Assembly: GCA_038204425.1 (NCBI GenBank)
Contig: JBBRCZ010000001.1
Coordinates: 160,001 to 224,000 of the forward strand
Reading direction: 5' to 3'
DNA length: 64,000 nucleotides
From: Spirochaetia bacterium
Lineage (GTDB): Bacteria; Spirochaetota; Spirochaetia; DSM-27196; Salinispiraceae
The notes under the pieces were generated by a model. It was not told where the DNA came from. It saw only the letters and a program-made list of their open reading frames with translations, and did not search any database. This document shows positions 30,326-40,054 of the stretch, piece by piece. Each line of letters begins with the position of its first letter. Positions within the stretch are counted from its first letter, which is position 1. Both the position numbers and the translations under genes were made by a program.

Positions 30326-32407
30326 ATGAATAAAAAATGGATATTCTGTCTATTTGTTGTTACTCATTTTTTACTTATTGGGCAGCTAGTTGCTGAGGAA
30401 CTGCCAAAGTCTGAACTGGCTGTTGTAGAAGGTTTAGGTGGGAAGAAACTTTTCAACAGCGATCTTATACTAGTCCCAGCCGTTGGTCAGGGCTCAATCC
30501 AGTACGAACTTGTAACCAATGCCGATGTGGTTGCTGACATCAACGCTAATTCACCCGTTCTTTCAGAATCGGGCTTAAAGATTGCTTCCCAAGAAAACAA
30601 GCAAGTCTCCTACCTGCTGCGTCTTAAACATGTAAGGCTTGGATACTTGGCTTCAGATGATCTTGTTCTGGAATTTGTAATAGATCGTCAAAAGCCGGAG
30701 TTACCTGATTTGCAGGGTCTTGAAGACATCAATTTTTTGAGCCAAAGTATAGAGTTGGAACCAAGAACCAGTTCCAATAGCTCAATTTGGTATCGTATTT
30801 CGTCAAAAGACTATCCCAGTCAAGCCGATAGACCCGACTTTTTGGCCATTGAAGAACTTGGGATAGAAAATTTTCAACTGCTTCAAAATCGTTATATCGC
30901 CCTGCCAGCACCTAGCAAAAACAATCGCGAGTATCGTTTGAGTGCATACAGCCAAAATCAAGCGGGAAACCAGTCGGAAATAGTGAGTTGGACTTTTGTT
31001 GTGGAATCAGAAACTGTTTATGTTGTTGACAACACGTCGTTGAATGACAAGTTCCAAAACGGGTCCAGAAAGTTTCCTTTCAATAGTCTTAGTAGTGCTT
31101 TGCTGTTTGCAGAACGCAACCAAAAGACCGTGGTTAAATTATCGGGTGGCAACTTCCCTTTGGCAAATGAACTTAAGATCGTGCATAGTGTCGCTTTGCT
31201 TGGTTCCAACTCTATAGAAACGTGGAAGCCCGATTCAAACAAACTTACCATCGTGTACCCAAGCACGAGTTTCATGGGTCAGAATTTAATAGTGGTTCAG
31301 GATTCCAGTGTTCAGTTCTTCAAGATATATTTGACGGACTCTGGTCGAAGTATAAAATCCTTATTTCGTTCTAGTCGGGCAAACCTTACTTTTACGGATT
31401 GTAATGTTGCAACCACCAAAGCACTGTCGGCAATAGAGGCTGTTCAATCTGAAGTGTCGATTGTTGCATCGCTTGTATCTTGCAACGATCCTTTGGTATC
31501 TGATCTAATCGTGCTCAATGAATCAAAACTTGTACTTAACAGTTCAATAGTAGAAAACTCCGATTTACCAAGTCTGCTTCTAAAACAGTCACGTGACGCA
31601 GTTTATGTACTTATTAAGGCAAACAAAAGTCAGATAACTAGTCAGAGCTCAAAATTTGTTTCGCGCAGTGGAAAGAACACTACCAATATTTTTCTTGACA
31701 AAAGTACTTTGGAAGCGCGAGATTCTTCTTTTCTTGGTGGCTATGGGACAGAGCTGAGTGTCATTCTTGATGCCCAGAATCAATCGGCTATCGGCCTTGT
31801 TGGGTGCCACATTGAATCAAGCCTATTGGCCAAAACAAGTGTCAATGTTCGTTTATTCAAAGGCAAATTTGAATCCAGCCAAAGCACTATGGCGATCCAA
31901 GGCAAACTTTTGGCATACGGTTTTATAGTCAATCAAGCGCAGATAGAAAGCCTGAGGTCCAACTATAAACTTAGTTCTGCACAAGATTTCTTGTGCCTTG
32001 TCTCTAGTGATGACAGTCTTGTTACATTTACAGAATCTGAGATTTCTGGCGAGCAAACCGGTGACCTTAATTTGGCAATTCTGCGCAATAGTGAAAGCGT
32101 ATGGACCGAGAACAATATTTTGCTAGCAAGCAACCTTAAACGAGCAACAGCGTTTAGCATTCAAGGTGAAAAACAATCAATTTTTGAAAACAACCATCTA
32201 GTCGGCTCAAGAGATGCTTTGCTACTAGTTGTCACGAGTAAAACTTTTTGGCTTACCATGACCAACAATCTATTGGAAGGTTGGTCATATTTGTTGTCAC
32301 AACGAGGTTTGCCAGAAGAAATTAGAACTCAGTCGCTGCAAGACTTAGAAAAAATAGAATCCGGCAAGAGCAAGTTTGGCGCCAACCGGGTTCAAGTTGG
32401 ACTCTAA
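30326..32407 (+). CDS. Exported protein with Ig/Fn3-like modules, a DUF1565-like motif and a right-handed beta-helix
   Basis: Signal peptide; IDRQKPELP and AYSQNQAGNQSE Ig-like motifs; VYV..NGSRKFPFNSL..AL; repetitive Ser/Asn-rich strands. Confidence 0.6.
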   Translation: MNKKWIFCLFVVTHFLLIGQLVAEELPKSELAVVEGLGGKKLFNSDLILVPAVGQGSIQYELVTNADVVADINANSPVLSESGLKIASQENKQVSYLLRLKHVRLGYLASDDLVLEFVIDRQKPELPDLQGLEDINFLSQSIELEPRTSSNSSIWYRISSKDYPSQADRPDFLAIEELGIENFQLLQNRYIALPAPSKNNREYRLSAYSQNQAGNQSEIVSWTFVVESETVYVVDNTSLNDKFQNGSRKFPFNSLSSALLFAERNQKTVVKLSGGNFPLANELKIVHSVALLGSNSIETWKPDSNKLTIVYPSTSFMGQNLIVVQDSSVQFFKIYLTDSGRSIKSLFRSSRANLTFTDCNVATTKALSAIEAVQSEVSIVASLVSCNDPLVSDLIVLNESKLVLNSSIVENSDLPSLLLKQSRDAVYVLIKANKSQITSQSSKFVSRSGKNTTNIFLDKSTLEARDSSFLGGYGTELSVILDAQNQSAIGLVGCHIESSLLAKTSVNVRLFKGKFESSQSTMAIQGKLLAYGFIVNQAQIESLRSNYKLSSAQDFLCLVSSDDSLVTFTESEISGEQTGDLNLAILRNSESVWTENNILLASNLKRATAFSIQGEKQSIFENNHLVGSRDALLLVVTSKTFWLTMTNNLLEGWSYLLSQRGLPEEIRTQSLQDLEKIESGKSKFGANRVQVGL

Positions 32408-32421
32408 GAACCTTGTTTGCC

Positions 32422-33663
32422 TTACTCCCAAGTCCAAATTAATGCAGGGCTTATTAGATTTTCGGGGTCGGATTTGATGTAAGCGCCCCAAAGACCAAGT
32501 CCTGGCACAAGTGCAAAGGCTGGTAGACGTTCGGAGTTTAGACCACCAGGGTTGGCCAAGAATATGTCCGGATTAGTTGATAAATCGGTGCTGCTAGGAT
32601 AGAAGTTGGTTGAGCCGTAGTTCCCTGCTTCTCTTGAGAAAGCGGTCGCGGTTAAACTTGGTGCTGTTGTAACCGTAAAAAGTCCTTTGTTGCTGGTGCT
32701 TGCAAGTACAATATTTTGGTTGCCTACTACTGCAGGGTTTTTGTCTTGCATACTAAAGACTTCGATATCAATAAATTTTGCATCGGCGATGGTAAAGGTT
32801 GACCAAGTTGTTGCATTGTAAAAAAATAGACGATTTTTTGAGCTGGTCACAAAGACACTTGTTCCTGAAACTACCATGTTGGTCAAAGCAGGGAAAGTTT
32901 CAGACCCTGCTAGTGCTTCTACTGCAAAGTCGGTAACAAGATCAGTGTTCTTAAATAAGCCGTATGATTTTAGAAGCCAATAGTTACTTCCATCATGAGA
33001 AACCTTTAGAAATGAATCCGAGTCAACACCTTGACCGCTAGTGATGTTTATTTTAGTCCAAGTAGCTCCGGTAAGGTAATATAGATTGTACTTAAAGCCA
33101 CTATTTGGACTGTCGGATTTTTTGCTCTGTAAAAACAATTGATTGTTTGCACTAAATAGCAGATCCGCAATCTGACCGGTTTCTAGGCCTGATAGCGAAA
33201 CATCGCTCCATGTTGCACTCTCTGCTTGCGCGAGACTAGAAAATGAGGTCTTTCTGAGCACTTGCGTATTATTTTCAGGAAGTGCGTCTGCGTTGCCAAT
33301 AAAGGTAGCATATAGTTCGTTATTGTACGTCGCGATTGATGCAACGGCTAATCTAGCTCCAAGGCTGACCGTCTTCCATGTTCCTATTGAACCAGAATCG
33401 GGAAAACTTGCGGTATTGGGAACATCTGCAACGTACAAAACGCTTCCTTTGAGGATGTATAGACTATTGTACCTTACTATATCGGTATAAGTTGCTCCGT
33501 CTTTGCCAAGGCCGCTATCTTTCTTGGAAATCGGTTCCTCTATTGATAGGGCGTAAAAAAGTCCTGAGCTTTGTCCACTACAGCCCGCTAGAAAAATTAT
33601 TGTCGTAAAAATAATGCAAAGGCATAGTAGGCCATGGCTTGGAACACGCTTTGGGTGTGTCAT
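32422..33663 (-). CDS. Beta-rich (propeller-like) spirochaetal lipoprotein
   Basis: Lipobox FLAGC followed by GLFYALSIEEPI; repeated W-x-x strand motifs; RBS CAGGAG. Confidence 0.75.
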   Translation of the reverse strand: MTHPKRVPSHGLLCLCIIFTTIIFLAGCSGQSSGLFYALSIEEPISKKDSGLGKDGATYTDIVRYNSLYILKGSVLYVADVPNTASFPDSGSIGTWKTVSLGARLAVASIATYNNELYATFIGNADALPENNTQVLRKTSFSSLAQAESATWSDVSLSGLETGQIADLLFSANNQLFLQSKKSDSPNSGFKYNLYYLTGATWTKINITSGQGVDSDSFLKVSHDGSNYWLLKSYGLFKNTDLVTDFAVEALAGSETFPALTNMVVSGTSVFVTSSKNRLFFYNATTWSTFTIADAKFIDIEVFSMQDKNPAVVGNQNIVLASTSNKGLFTVTTAPSLTATAFSREAGNYGSTNFYPSSTDLSTNPDIFLANPGGLNSERLPAFALVPGLGLWGAYIKSDPENLISPALIWTWE

Positions 33664-33675
33664 TGTTTTCTCCTG

Positions 33676-34329
33676 TTAGAAACTGTAGAGAGCTGAAAGG
33701 GTGATTTCAAGAAGATTGCCGACTCTTGACTGAGAGAATATTGGATTGGCGTCTGCATAAACTTCAGGTAACCAAGTGTAGGCAAGGTTGAGTCCAAACG
33801 ACCAGTTGGAGGTCGCATCAATAAAGAACCCAGCTTCTGTCCTCAATCCAAAGCCAACATAGCTCAATTCTTTGTATGCTAAGATACTTAAGCCTGGGCT
33901 TATAGAAACAGGAATCTGAAAATTGTCGATTCTAAAGAAGCTTGACAAGCGTGGTCCAACCAAAACCGAACCAAACACGCCTTCGTTGGGGCCGGCTGCC
34001 AAACGACCACTCAAATCCAAACCAATTGCGAAAGTGTTGTCTAAGAATGCACTCCAGCGCAGTGCACCAGAGCCACCTACGTTGAGCCCTGCACCAGGCT
34101 TAAAGCTTTCGCTTTCGCTCAGACCTGGAGTGGTGCTATAAGAGAATAGCGGCACTAAAAGCCCCAGATCTATTTGAAAAATTTGGTTACCTAGAATACG
34201 AGGCGCTATGATTTGGTTTGGGTCAATTTCTTGGGGAAGCTCTTGAGAACTAATTGAAATTGGCATTAGAACAATGGCAAACGTCGCCAGACTAACAATA
34301 CGTGTAAAAAACCTCACCGATGACCTCAC
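33676..34329 (-). CDS. TP0733-family small outer-membrane beta-barrel
   Basis: GNQIFQIDLG..PLF motif, amphipathic strands, C-terminal LSALYSF; divergent from folD as recalled for Treponema/Borrelia. Confidence 0.75.
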   Translation of the reverse strand: MRSSVRFFTRIVSLATFAIVLMPISISSQELPQEIDPNQIIAPRILGNQIFQIDLGLLVPLFSYSTTPGLSESESFKPGAGLNVGGSGALRWSAFLDNTFAIGLDLSGRLAAGPNEGVFGSVLVGPRLSSFFRIDNFQIPVSISPGLSILAYKELSYVGFGLRTEAGFFIDATSNWSFGLNLAYTWLPEVYADANPIFSQSRVGNLLEITLSALYSF

Positions 34330-34425
34330 TTGATTTGCAACAACAGTATCATGACTATAACTGTCTATTCAATCTAATGTTACAGACTTATGTTACAGAT
34401 ACAGTATGCTTGGAACAAGCGTCCC

Positions 34426-34454
34426 TTGAAAAATGTGGCCTATTGTGTTAAACA
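34426..34454 (+). promoter_or_regulatory. Sigma70-type promoter of folD (leaderless candidate)
   Basis: TTGAAA-17 bp-(TGn)TAAACA, ending 6 nt before ATG 34461; no SD. Confidence 0.55.
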
Positions 34455-34460
34455 GCGACT

Positions 34461-35366
34461 ATGGTAGCAAGCAAAATATTGGATGGTAAAATTGCAGCAA
34501 GCACAATTAGAGCTGCGATTAAAGTGTCAGTTGCCGCACTCGGGAAGAAGTCAGTAGTTCCAGGTCTGGCAGTGGTCTTGGTTGGAGACAATCCAGCCAG
34601 CCACAGTTACGTTAAAGGAAAGACTGAGGCTTGCCAGGCTGCAGGAATACGGACCTTTGACCACACTCTGAGCGCGGATCTATTAGAGAAAGATCTCTTG
34701 AGCCTTATTGAAAAATTGAACCACGACGAGGCAGTACATGGCATATTGGTACAACTGCCACTACCTTCCCACGTAGATACTGACTTAGTAATCGCGAGTA
34801 TTGATCCACTTAAGGATGTAGACGGGTTTCATCCACTAAATGTTGGCAGAATGGTGCTTGGTCAAGATAGTTTCTTGCCTTGTACGCCACATGGAATTCT
34901 TAAACTACTCGAGGTCTTTGAGATTCCAGTCCAAGGCAAACATGTAGTTATCTGTGGCCGCAGCGACATTGTTGGCAAGCCACTTGCAAATCTACTTCTC
35001 AAAAAAGGAAGTTTTGCTGATGCCACGGTAACTGTCTGTCATTCTCGTACCAAAAATCTTTCGCACTATACGCTGCAAGCGGATATTGTCGTCGCGGCGA
35101 TGGGCAAAGCCAAGTTCATAGGTGCCGAAATGATTAAACAAGGGGCAGTTGTTATTGATGTTGGCGTCAACCGCATTGCAGATCCAAGTAAAAAAAGCGG
35201 ATTCAGTTTGGTCGGAGATGTTGACTTTGAGGCATGTTTAAATAAAGCAAGTTGGATCAGTCCGGTTCCAGGCGGTGTTGGTCCGATGACTATAACTATG
35301 CTTTTACACAACACGATGATATCTGCTATGCGACACCATAACATTTCTATGGACTTGGCAGTTTAG
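34461..35366 (+). CDS. folD: Bifunctional methylene-THF dehydrogenase/cyclohydrolase
   Basis: YVKGK, GILVQLPLP, KDVDG, PCTP, GRSDIVGKP and PVPGGVGPMT motifs. Confidence 0.98.
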   Translation: MVASKILDGKIAASTIRAAIKVSVAALGKKSVVPGLAVVLVGDNPASHSYVKGKTEACQAAGIRTFDHTLSADLLEKDLLSLIEKLNHDEAVHGILVQLPLPSHVDTDLVIASIDPLKDVDGFHPLNVGRMVLGQDSFLPCTPHGILKLLEVFEIPVQGKHVVICGRSDIVGKPLANLLLKKGSFADATVTVCHSRTKNLSHYTLQADIVVAAMGKAKFIGAEMIKQGAVVIDVGVNRIADPSKKSGFSLVGDVDFEACLNKASWISPVPGGVGPMTITMLLHNTMISAMRHHNISMDLAV

Positions 35367-36155
35367 ATGTCCTTGCAAGATGTTCAAAATCGCGCCGACT
35401 CGAGAAATTTGGCCATCAACAAAGTTGGTATCAAGAATTTGCGCTACCCGATAGTAGTCAAAGATCGCGACCACCAAATCCAGAATACTGCGGCTACCAT
35501 TAGTCTCTATGCCAATTTGCCTCACCATTTTAAAGGCACCCACATGAGCCGATTTATTGAGGTTTTTCAGCGTCATTCCAGGCGAATAAGCATGCGCAAC
35601 TTTTTGTCTATCCTAGAAGAGATAAAGCTTGTACTCGATGCGGACTCGGCATTTGGGTCAATAGAGTTTCCGTATTTTATTGAAAAAAAAGCCCCCGTTA
35701 CCCAGCAACTTGGAATGATGCAGTACCTTTGCAGTTTTGAGGGAGAAGTTGGTATTGCTAGTTCTCAGTTCTTTGTGACGGTCGAGGTGCCCGTGTTAAC
35801 TCTGTGTCCTTGTTCAAAAGAAATTTCATCCAGAGGCGCCCACAATCAACGTAGTTTTTGTAAAGTGAGGTTGCAAACAGGGAAGGACTTTTTTTGGATT
35901 GAGGATATTATCACCGCAGTTGAGTCTTGTGCTTCCAGCGGCCTCTACTCAGTCCTAAAACGTGAAGATGAACGGTACGTCACTGAATACTCGTACGATC
36001 ATCCAGTTTTTGTGGAAGATTTGGTACGTGAAGTAACGCTCAAGATTGAAGCAATGAATTTATTTCCATGGTTTATGGTTGAAGCAGAAAACGAAGAAAG
36101 CATTCATCTACATAATGCCTATGCCTGTATCGAACGAGGAAGCAAAACTAAATAG
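35367..36155 (+). CDS. folE2: GTP cyclohydrolase IB (zinc-independent)
   Basis: DVQ, KGTHMSRF, LCPCSKEIS..GAHNQR and ESIHLHNAYA motifs. Confidence 0.95.
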   Translation: MSLQDVQNRADSRNLAINKVGIKNLRYPIVVKDRDHQIQNTAATISLYANLPHHFKGTHMSRFIEVFQRHSRRISMRNFLSILEEIKLVLDADSAFGSIEFPYFIEKKAPVTQQLGMMQYLCSFEGEVGIASSQFFVTVEVPVLTLCPCSKEISSRGAHNQRSFCKVRLQTGKDFFWIEDIITAVESCASSGLYSVLKREDERYVTEYSYDHPVFVEDLVREVTLKIEAMNLFPWFMVEAENEESIHLHNAYACIERGSKTK

Positions 36156-36200
36156 CCTAGCAAGTGTTCTTGCATCCCGTGCGTCCCCAAGGAGTATCTC

Positions 36201-37451
36201 GTGTCAAAAGATTTTAAGGCAATGTACCATGAAATAAACAAAGACCATTTTCCAAAAAATGTTAAAATCAGCTTTGATGATGGCGAAAAGTCACAGACGC
36301 TATGCTATCAAAAAGTTGAGTGGAACATTGCTGGAGAACTACGCGGGCTGCGCTATGGCGAAAATCCCGATCAAGAAGCAGCAATGTATAAGCTAGTCAA
36401 TGGTAATCTTCGACTAGGCGAAGTTGAGAGTATATTACCTGGAAATTTTCTTGCCAGTGATCCAGAACTTATTCAGTCTGGAAAACATCCAGGCAAAATT
36501 AATCTCACTGACATAGATAGTGCGATAGGAATTTTGCGCTACATGGATCAGCAACCATGTACGGTTATCGTCAAGCACAACAATCCGTCTGGTGTTGCCA
36601 TGGCAGACAGTTTGCACCAATCATACGAGAAAGCCTACTATGCAGACAGAATCGCAGCCTTTGGTGGAGCCATCGCCGTCAATAGAAGCCTAGACATTGC
36701 CACCGCGCAACTGATTTGTGCCCAATACTGCGAAGTGGTGGCTGCACCCGAGTTTGAAGAAGGCGTCCTAGCGCTTTTTGAAAAAAAGAAGAACCTGAGA
36801 GTTATGCGCATTGGAAACATGGCAAAACTGGCCAATTTTGATACAAGTCGTTTTGTCGATTTCAAAAGTCTAATCGACGGTGGCTTGGTATTGCAATGGT
36901 CTTTTTCACCGATCGTAAGGCATCCCGATCAACTTTTTGCTGCCAAAGCAAGTCACCAAGGCAAGAACTACCAAGTCAACCGAGAACCGACAATCCAAGA
37001 AACCGAAGACATGGTTTTTGGCTGGCTTGTCGAGGCTGGGGTGAGTTCAAACTCTGTTCTCTATGTAAAAGACAAGGTTACCGTTGGAATCGGAACCGGA
37101 GAACAAGATAGAGTAGGAGTAGCAGAAATAGCTCGAGACAAGGCTTATAAAAAAAGAGCAGATTTTTACGCGTGGAAGAAATATAACCAAGCCCTTTCTC
37201 AAATTGTAGACCAAGATCAGCTGGCAGAAATAGCTGGTATAGTTGAGTCAGAAAATGGGGGTCTTAAAGGAAGTGTTATGGTCTCTGACGCATTCTTCCC
37301 CTTTAGAGATGGTGTCGATGTTGGTCTCAAGGAAGGTGTCAAAGCGGTTGTGCAACCTGGTGGTTCTCTACGCGACTACGAGGTAATCGAGGCTTGCAAT
37401 GAGTATGGTGCGAGCATGATGTTTACTGGACAGCGAAGTTTCAAGCATTAA
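36201..37451 (+). CDS. AICAR transformylase-domain protein (PurH C-terminal part only)
   Basis: LRYGENP.Q, VKHNNPSG, AAFGG, GIGTGEQDRV, SDAFFPFRDG and QPGGS.RD motifs; no N-terminal IMP cyclohydrolase domain. Confidence 0.85.
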   Translation: MSKDFKAMYHEINKDHFPKNVKISFDDGEKSQTLCYQKVEWNIAGELRGLRYGENPDQEAAMYKLVNGNLRLGEVESILPGNFLASDPELIQSGKHPGKINLTDIDSAIGILRYMDQQPCTVIVKHNNPSGVAMADSLHQSYEKAYYADRIAAFGGAIAVNRSLDIATAQLICAQYCEVVAAPEFEEGVLALFEKKKNLRVMRIGNMAKLANFDTSRFVDFKSLIDGGLVLQWSFSPIVRHPDQLFAAKASHQGKNYQVNREPTIQETEDMVFGWLVEAGVSSNSVLYVKDKVTVGIGTGEQDRVGVAEIARDKAYKKRADFYAWKKYNQALSQIVDQDQLAEIAGIVESENGGLKGSVMVSDAFFPFRDGVDVGLKEGVKAVVQPGGSLRDYEVIEACNEYGASMMFTGQRSFKH

Positions 37452-37468
37452 ATACCGATACTATTGTC

Positions 37469-38422
37469 ATGCATAGCTTGGTTCAAAAAATAAAAATTTT
37501 TTTTCTATCGTGCGCAATTTTTATTCTTGCTACTCTGAGCCTGTCAGCACAGGCAATTGTTTTAGGTCAGGCAGAAAACTATCTCGTTATAGCCAAAAAA
37601 CTTATAACAGAAGAAAAGAATGTATTTAAGTTAAAAAATAGAATACAGGCTCTGTTAGTTAACGCCGATTCAAGTCAAAAAAGTGCGCTCAACTTCGTGC
37701 TGGGCAAAGTTCATATGGATTTATTGGAATTTGCCCTAGCCAAGTCTAATTTTGTTTCGGCATTGCCACTAGTTAATGCCCATTTGGAACTACTGCGCAT
37801 TGCACTTTTGGAAGCTGATCGAGCAGGTTTTGAAGTTCTTTTGGCGAAACTCCCCGCTACAAATACTATGAATGTAGAAGAGCGCCGCCAATTGAAGTCT
37901 ATAATCTCGATGGCGCAACTTCTGTTTGAGGATTTTCTTGGCCTCGAAAAAACGATCGGCGATCCGCAGGGATCTGAAGAGTTGGCCTTAAGCTATTTGC
38001 TTGCGCAAAAAAGGGTCAATCAGTCTCTGACTAGTTCTAGCATTAAGAAGCTAGACCAATCATATGCAAACTCTTTGTGGGCTTTGTCATTGCGTTTTTC
38101 GGTCAATGAAAGAATAGGTTTTGACTTGGCCCGCGGATTTTTGACGGGTTTTTCAAATACTTGGCCCCAGAATCAAGAAGAAACCGAGGCACCAAGCAAT
38201 GGATTGGAAGTACTGCAGGTCGGAATATTTACTGACAAAAAGAATGCCGAAAGTTTGCTTGCCAAACTAAGCAAGTTTGGATTCTTAGCGAGGTTAGAAA
38301 CTTTAGATTCGCGTAAACCAGTTCGCTTTAGAATAGTTGTCGACATTTCCAGAGGTCTAGATCCGCAGGACATAATATTGTCCTTAAAAGAAAAAGGAAT
38401 TGAGGCTTTCTTAAGCAAGTAA
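37469..38422 (+). CDS. Exported protein with a C-terminal SPOR domain
   Basis: Signal peptide; LQVGIFTDKKNAE..L..GF and LKEKGIEAF motifs. Confidence 0.8.
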   Translation: MHSLVQKIKIFFLSCAIFILATLSLSAQAIVLGQAENYLVIAKKLITEEKNVFKLKNRIQALLVNADSSQKSALNFVLGKVHMDLLEFALAKSNFVSALPLVNAHLELLRIALLEADRAGFEVLLAKLPATNTMNVEERRQLKSIISMAQLLFEDFLGLEKTIGDPQGSEELALSYLLAQKRVNQSLTSSSIKKLDQSYANSLWALSLRFSVNERIGFDLARGFLTGFSNTWPQNQEETEAPSNGLEVLQVGIFTDKKNAESLLAKLSKFGFLARLETLDSRKPVRFRIVVDISRGLDPQDIILSLKEKGIEAFLSK

Positions 38423-38450
38423 GCTCAATAATCACGGGCTGACTGACCGG

Positions 38451-39956
38451 CTATTCGACCTCACTAGAGTAAAATTCTAGCCGGATTATTTCACCACTGT
38501 TTTTTTCTACACCATTGATGTTAGTCCTTGCCGGAATCAATTCTAAAAACCGTCCAATGGTTGCATTTCTAGGATCAAGAAGTTTAACAATATAGTATTT
38601 TTTTTCTTCAACAATGCCGCTATCGCTGACAAACTGCAGTTCTAAAACTGTTTCATTGGTCTCATAGGTAAGATAGGAACCTTTGCGAACTATCCCGTTT
38701 TGGCGCCAATAAAAAAACGGTGCAGTGAAAATTAGCTCATGTTTTTTTTCGTCTCGGTAGATCCCTGATAGAATCAAGCGGTTAATTGGAATTCCTGACC
38801 TTGAGTCTCGCTTGGAAAATCGACTGTCTTGGTCAAAATCTACGCGAACATAGCTACCCGTCCAGTTGTTCTTATCTTGTAGCGAAAACTCGATAGAGTC
38901 TACAGCAATTGGAACAATGATAGCGGTACTGCGCAGTGTTTTAAATGCTTCGTTGACGAGATACATCTCCATCCTGCCATAGGCGCTGGGTTTTCCGCTG
39001 GATCGCCAAATGTGAGATTCTAGTCTGTCTCCTTCGATTATACGAAACGAGCGGTACTCAGGGTCAAAGAAAAGGATTTGTTCAATAGAACGCTGCCTAG
39101 AATTGATTGAAGTTCTTTTCCAAGCACCGGCTAGAAACTTTTCCATACTTTCGGTTCCGCTCTTAAACAGCACTTCCATTTGCTTATTTTGGATTAACTT
39201 TCCTGAGATGTTTTGGCTTGAAGAAAAAACAAAAGTATCTTGATTGGTCTGCCAGCGATAAACACTTTCCTGGAGGTCGGAACTGGTGTTTTCTTCACCA
39301 ATCTTATTTTGAACCACAACAGAAAACTCGGCCTGTGATTGGTTAAACTCGCCGTCGGTTTCTTGCCGTTGCCTAAGTTCTATGCCAATACTGGCGCTTA
39401 CACTCAATATTGACTTCATTTGCAAAGGAAACAACGATCTGCTTGTGTCCATCTTGAAGATATCCATGGTTTGCAGTCCGTTTGCGTCCACTCCATTTGC
39501 AAGAATGTCCGGTATTCCATCGCCCGTTATATCCACAAATCTAAGCGAAAACTGGCGAGCGTTAACGGCCTTAGTGGCCGTACTCCAGCTCAAAGAATGT
39601 TCACTACGATTTGAGTCAAAGTCCGACACTGCTAGGCGAATTAGATCAGATAAGTCATTTTTATTTTTGTAGATGATAATCTGTTCAAGGGCAGTATCCG
39701 TATCCAAATTGGCTTCAAGTGTGAGTTGAATCAAAAAATCGTCCGGAATTGCTGCCTTGGTACTAACTCCAGTTTGCGAGCTACTCTGTCCTGCCTCTGG
39801 ATTACTTGATTTATAGAAGCTTATGCCGTCACTTGCAATTGGGGATTTTAAGCCAAACTCTAAGCCATTTTTGACATCAATAGCTGGATCTTGGCTACAC
39901 GAGGCAGCAATGAACAAAAAAAACGAAAGAGTTGACCAATAGACTATTTTTTTCAC
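38451..39956 (-). CDS. Lipoprotein resembling the spirochaetal pallilysin-related adhesin family
   Basis: GTG 39956 gives MKKIVYWSTLSFFLFIAASC lipobox; NLDTD..EQII and DITGDGIPDI motifs. Confidence 0.6.
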   Translation of the reverse strand: MKKIVYWSTLSFFLFIAASCSQDPAIDVKNGLEFGLKSPIASDGISFYKSSNPEAGQSSSQTGVSTKAAIPDDFLIQLTLEANLDTDTALEQIIIYKNKNDLSDLIRLAVSDFDSNRSEHSLSWSTATKAVNARQFSLRFVDITGDGIPDILANGVDANGLQTMDIFKMDTSRSLFPLQMKSILSVSASIGIELRQRQETDGEFNQSQAEFSVVVQNKIGEENTSSDLQESVYRWQTNQDTFVFSSSQNISGKLIQNKQMEVLFKSGTESMEKFLAGAWKRTSINSRQRSIEQILFFDPEYRSFRIIEGDRLESHIWRSSGKPSAYGRMEMYLVNEAFKTLRSTAIIVPIAVDSIEFSLQDKNNWTGSYVRVDFDQDSRFSKRDSRSGIPINRLILSGIYRDEKKHELIFTAPFFYWRQNGIVRKGSYLTYETNETVLELQFVSDSGIVEEKKYYIVKLLDPRNATIGRFLELIPARTNINGVEKNSGEIIRLEFYSSEVE

Positions 39957-40020
39957 AAAATCACTATGTCGGAAGATCAAAAAAAAATCCACACTGCGCC
40001 ACCGTAGCGCGAGATTACCT

Positions 40021-40049
40021 TTGACAAAGACCCTTGTCTTTGTCATGAT
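40021..40049 (+). promoter_or_regulatory. Sigma70 promoter of purB with an overlapping palindromic operator
   Basis: TTGACA-17 bp-(TGn)CATGAT; perfect inverted repeat TGACAAAGAC-N4-GTCTTTGTCA at 40022-40045. Confidence 0.7.
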
Positions 40050-40054
40050 ACGAC

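Noticed and set aside
36156..36200. ZTP, purine or THF riboswitch upstream of the purH-like, folD or purB genes
   Set aside because: Intergenic or leader space is too short and no aptamer consensus is visible
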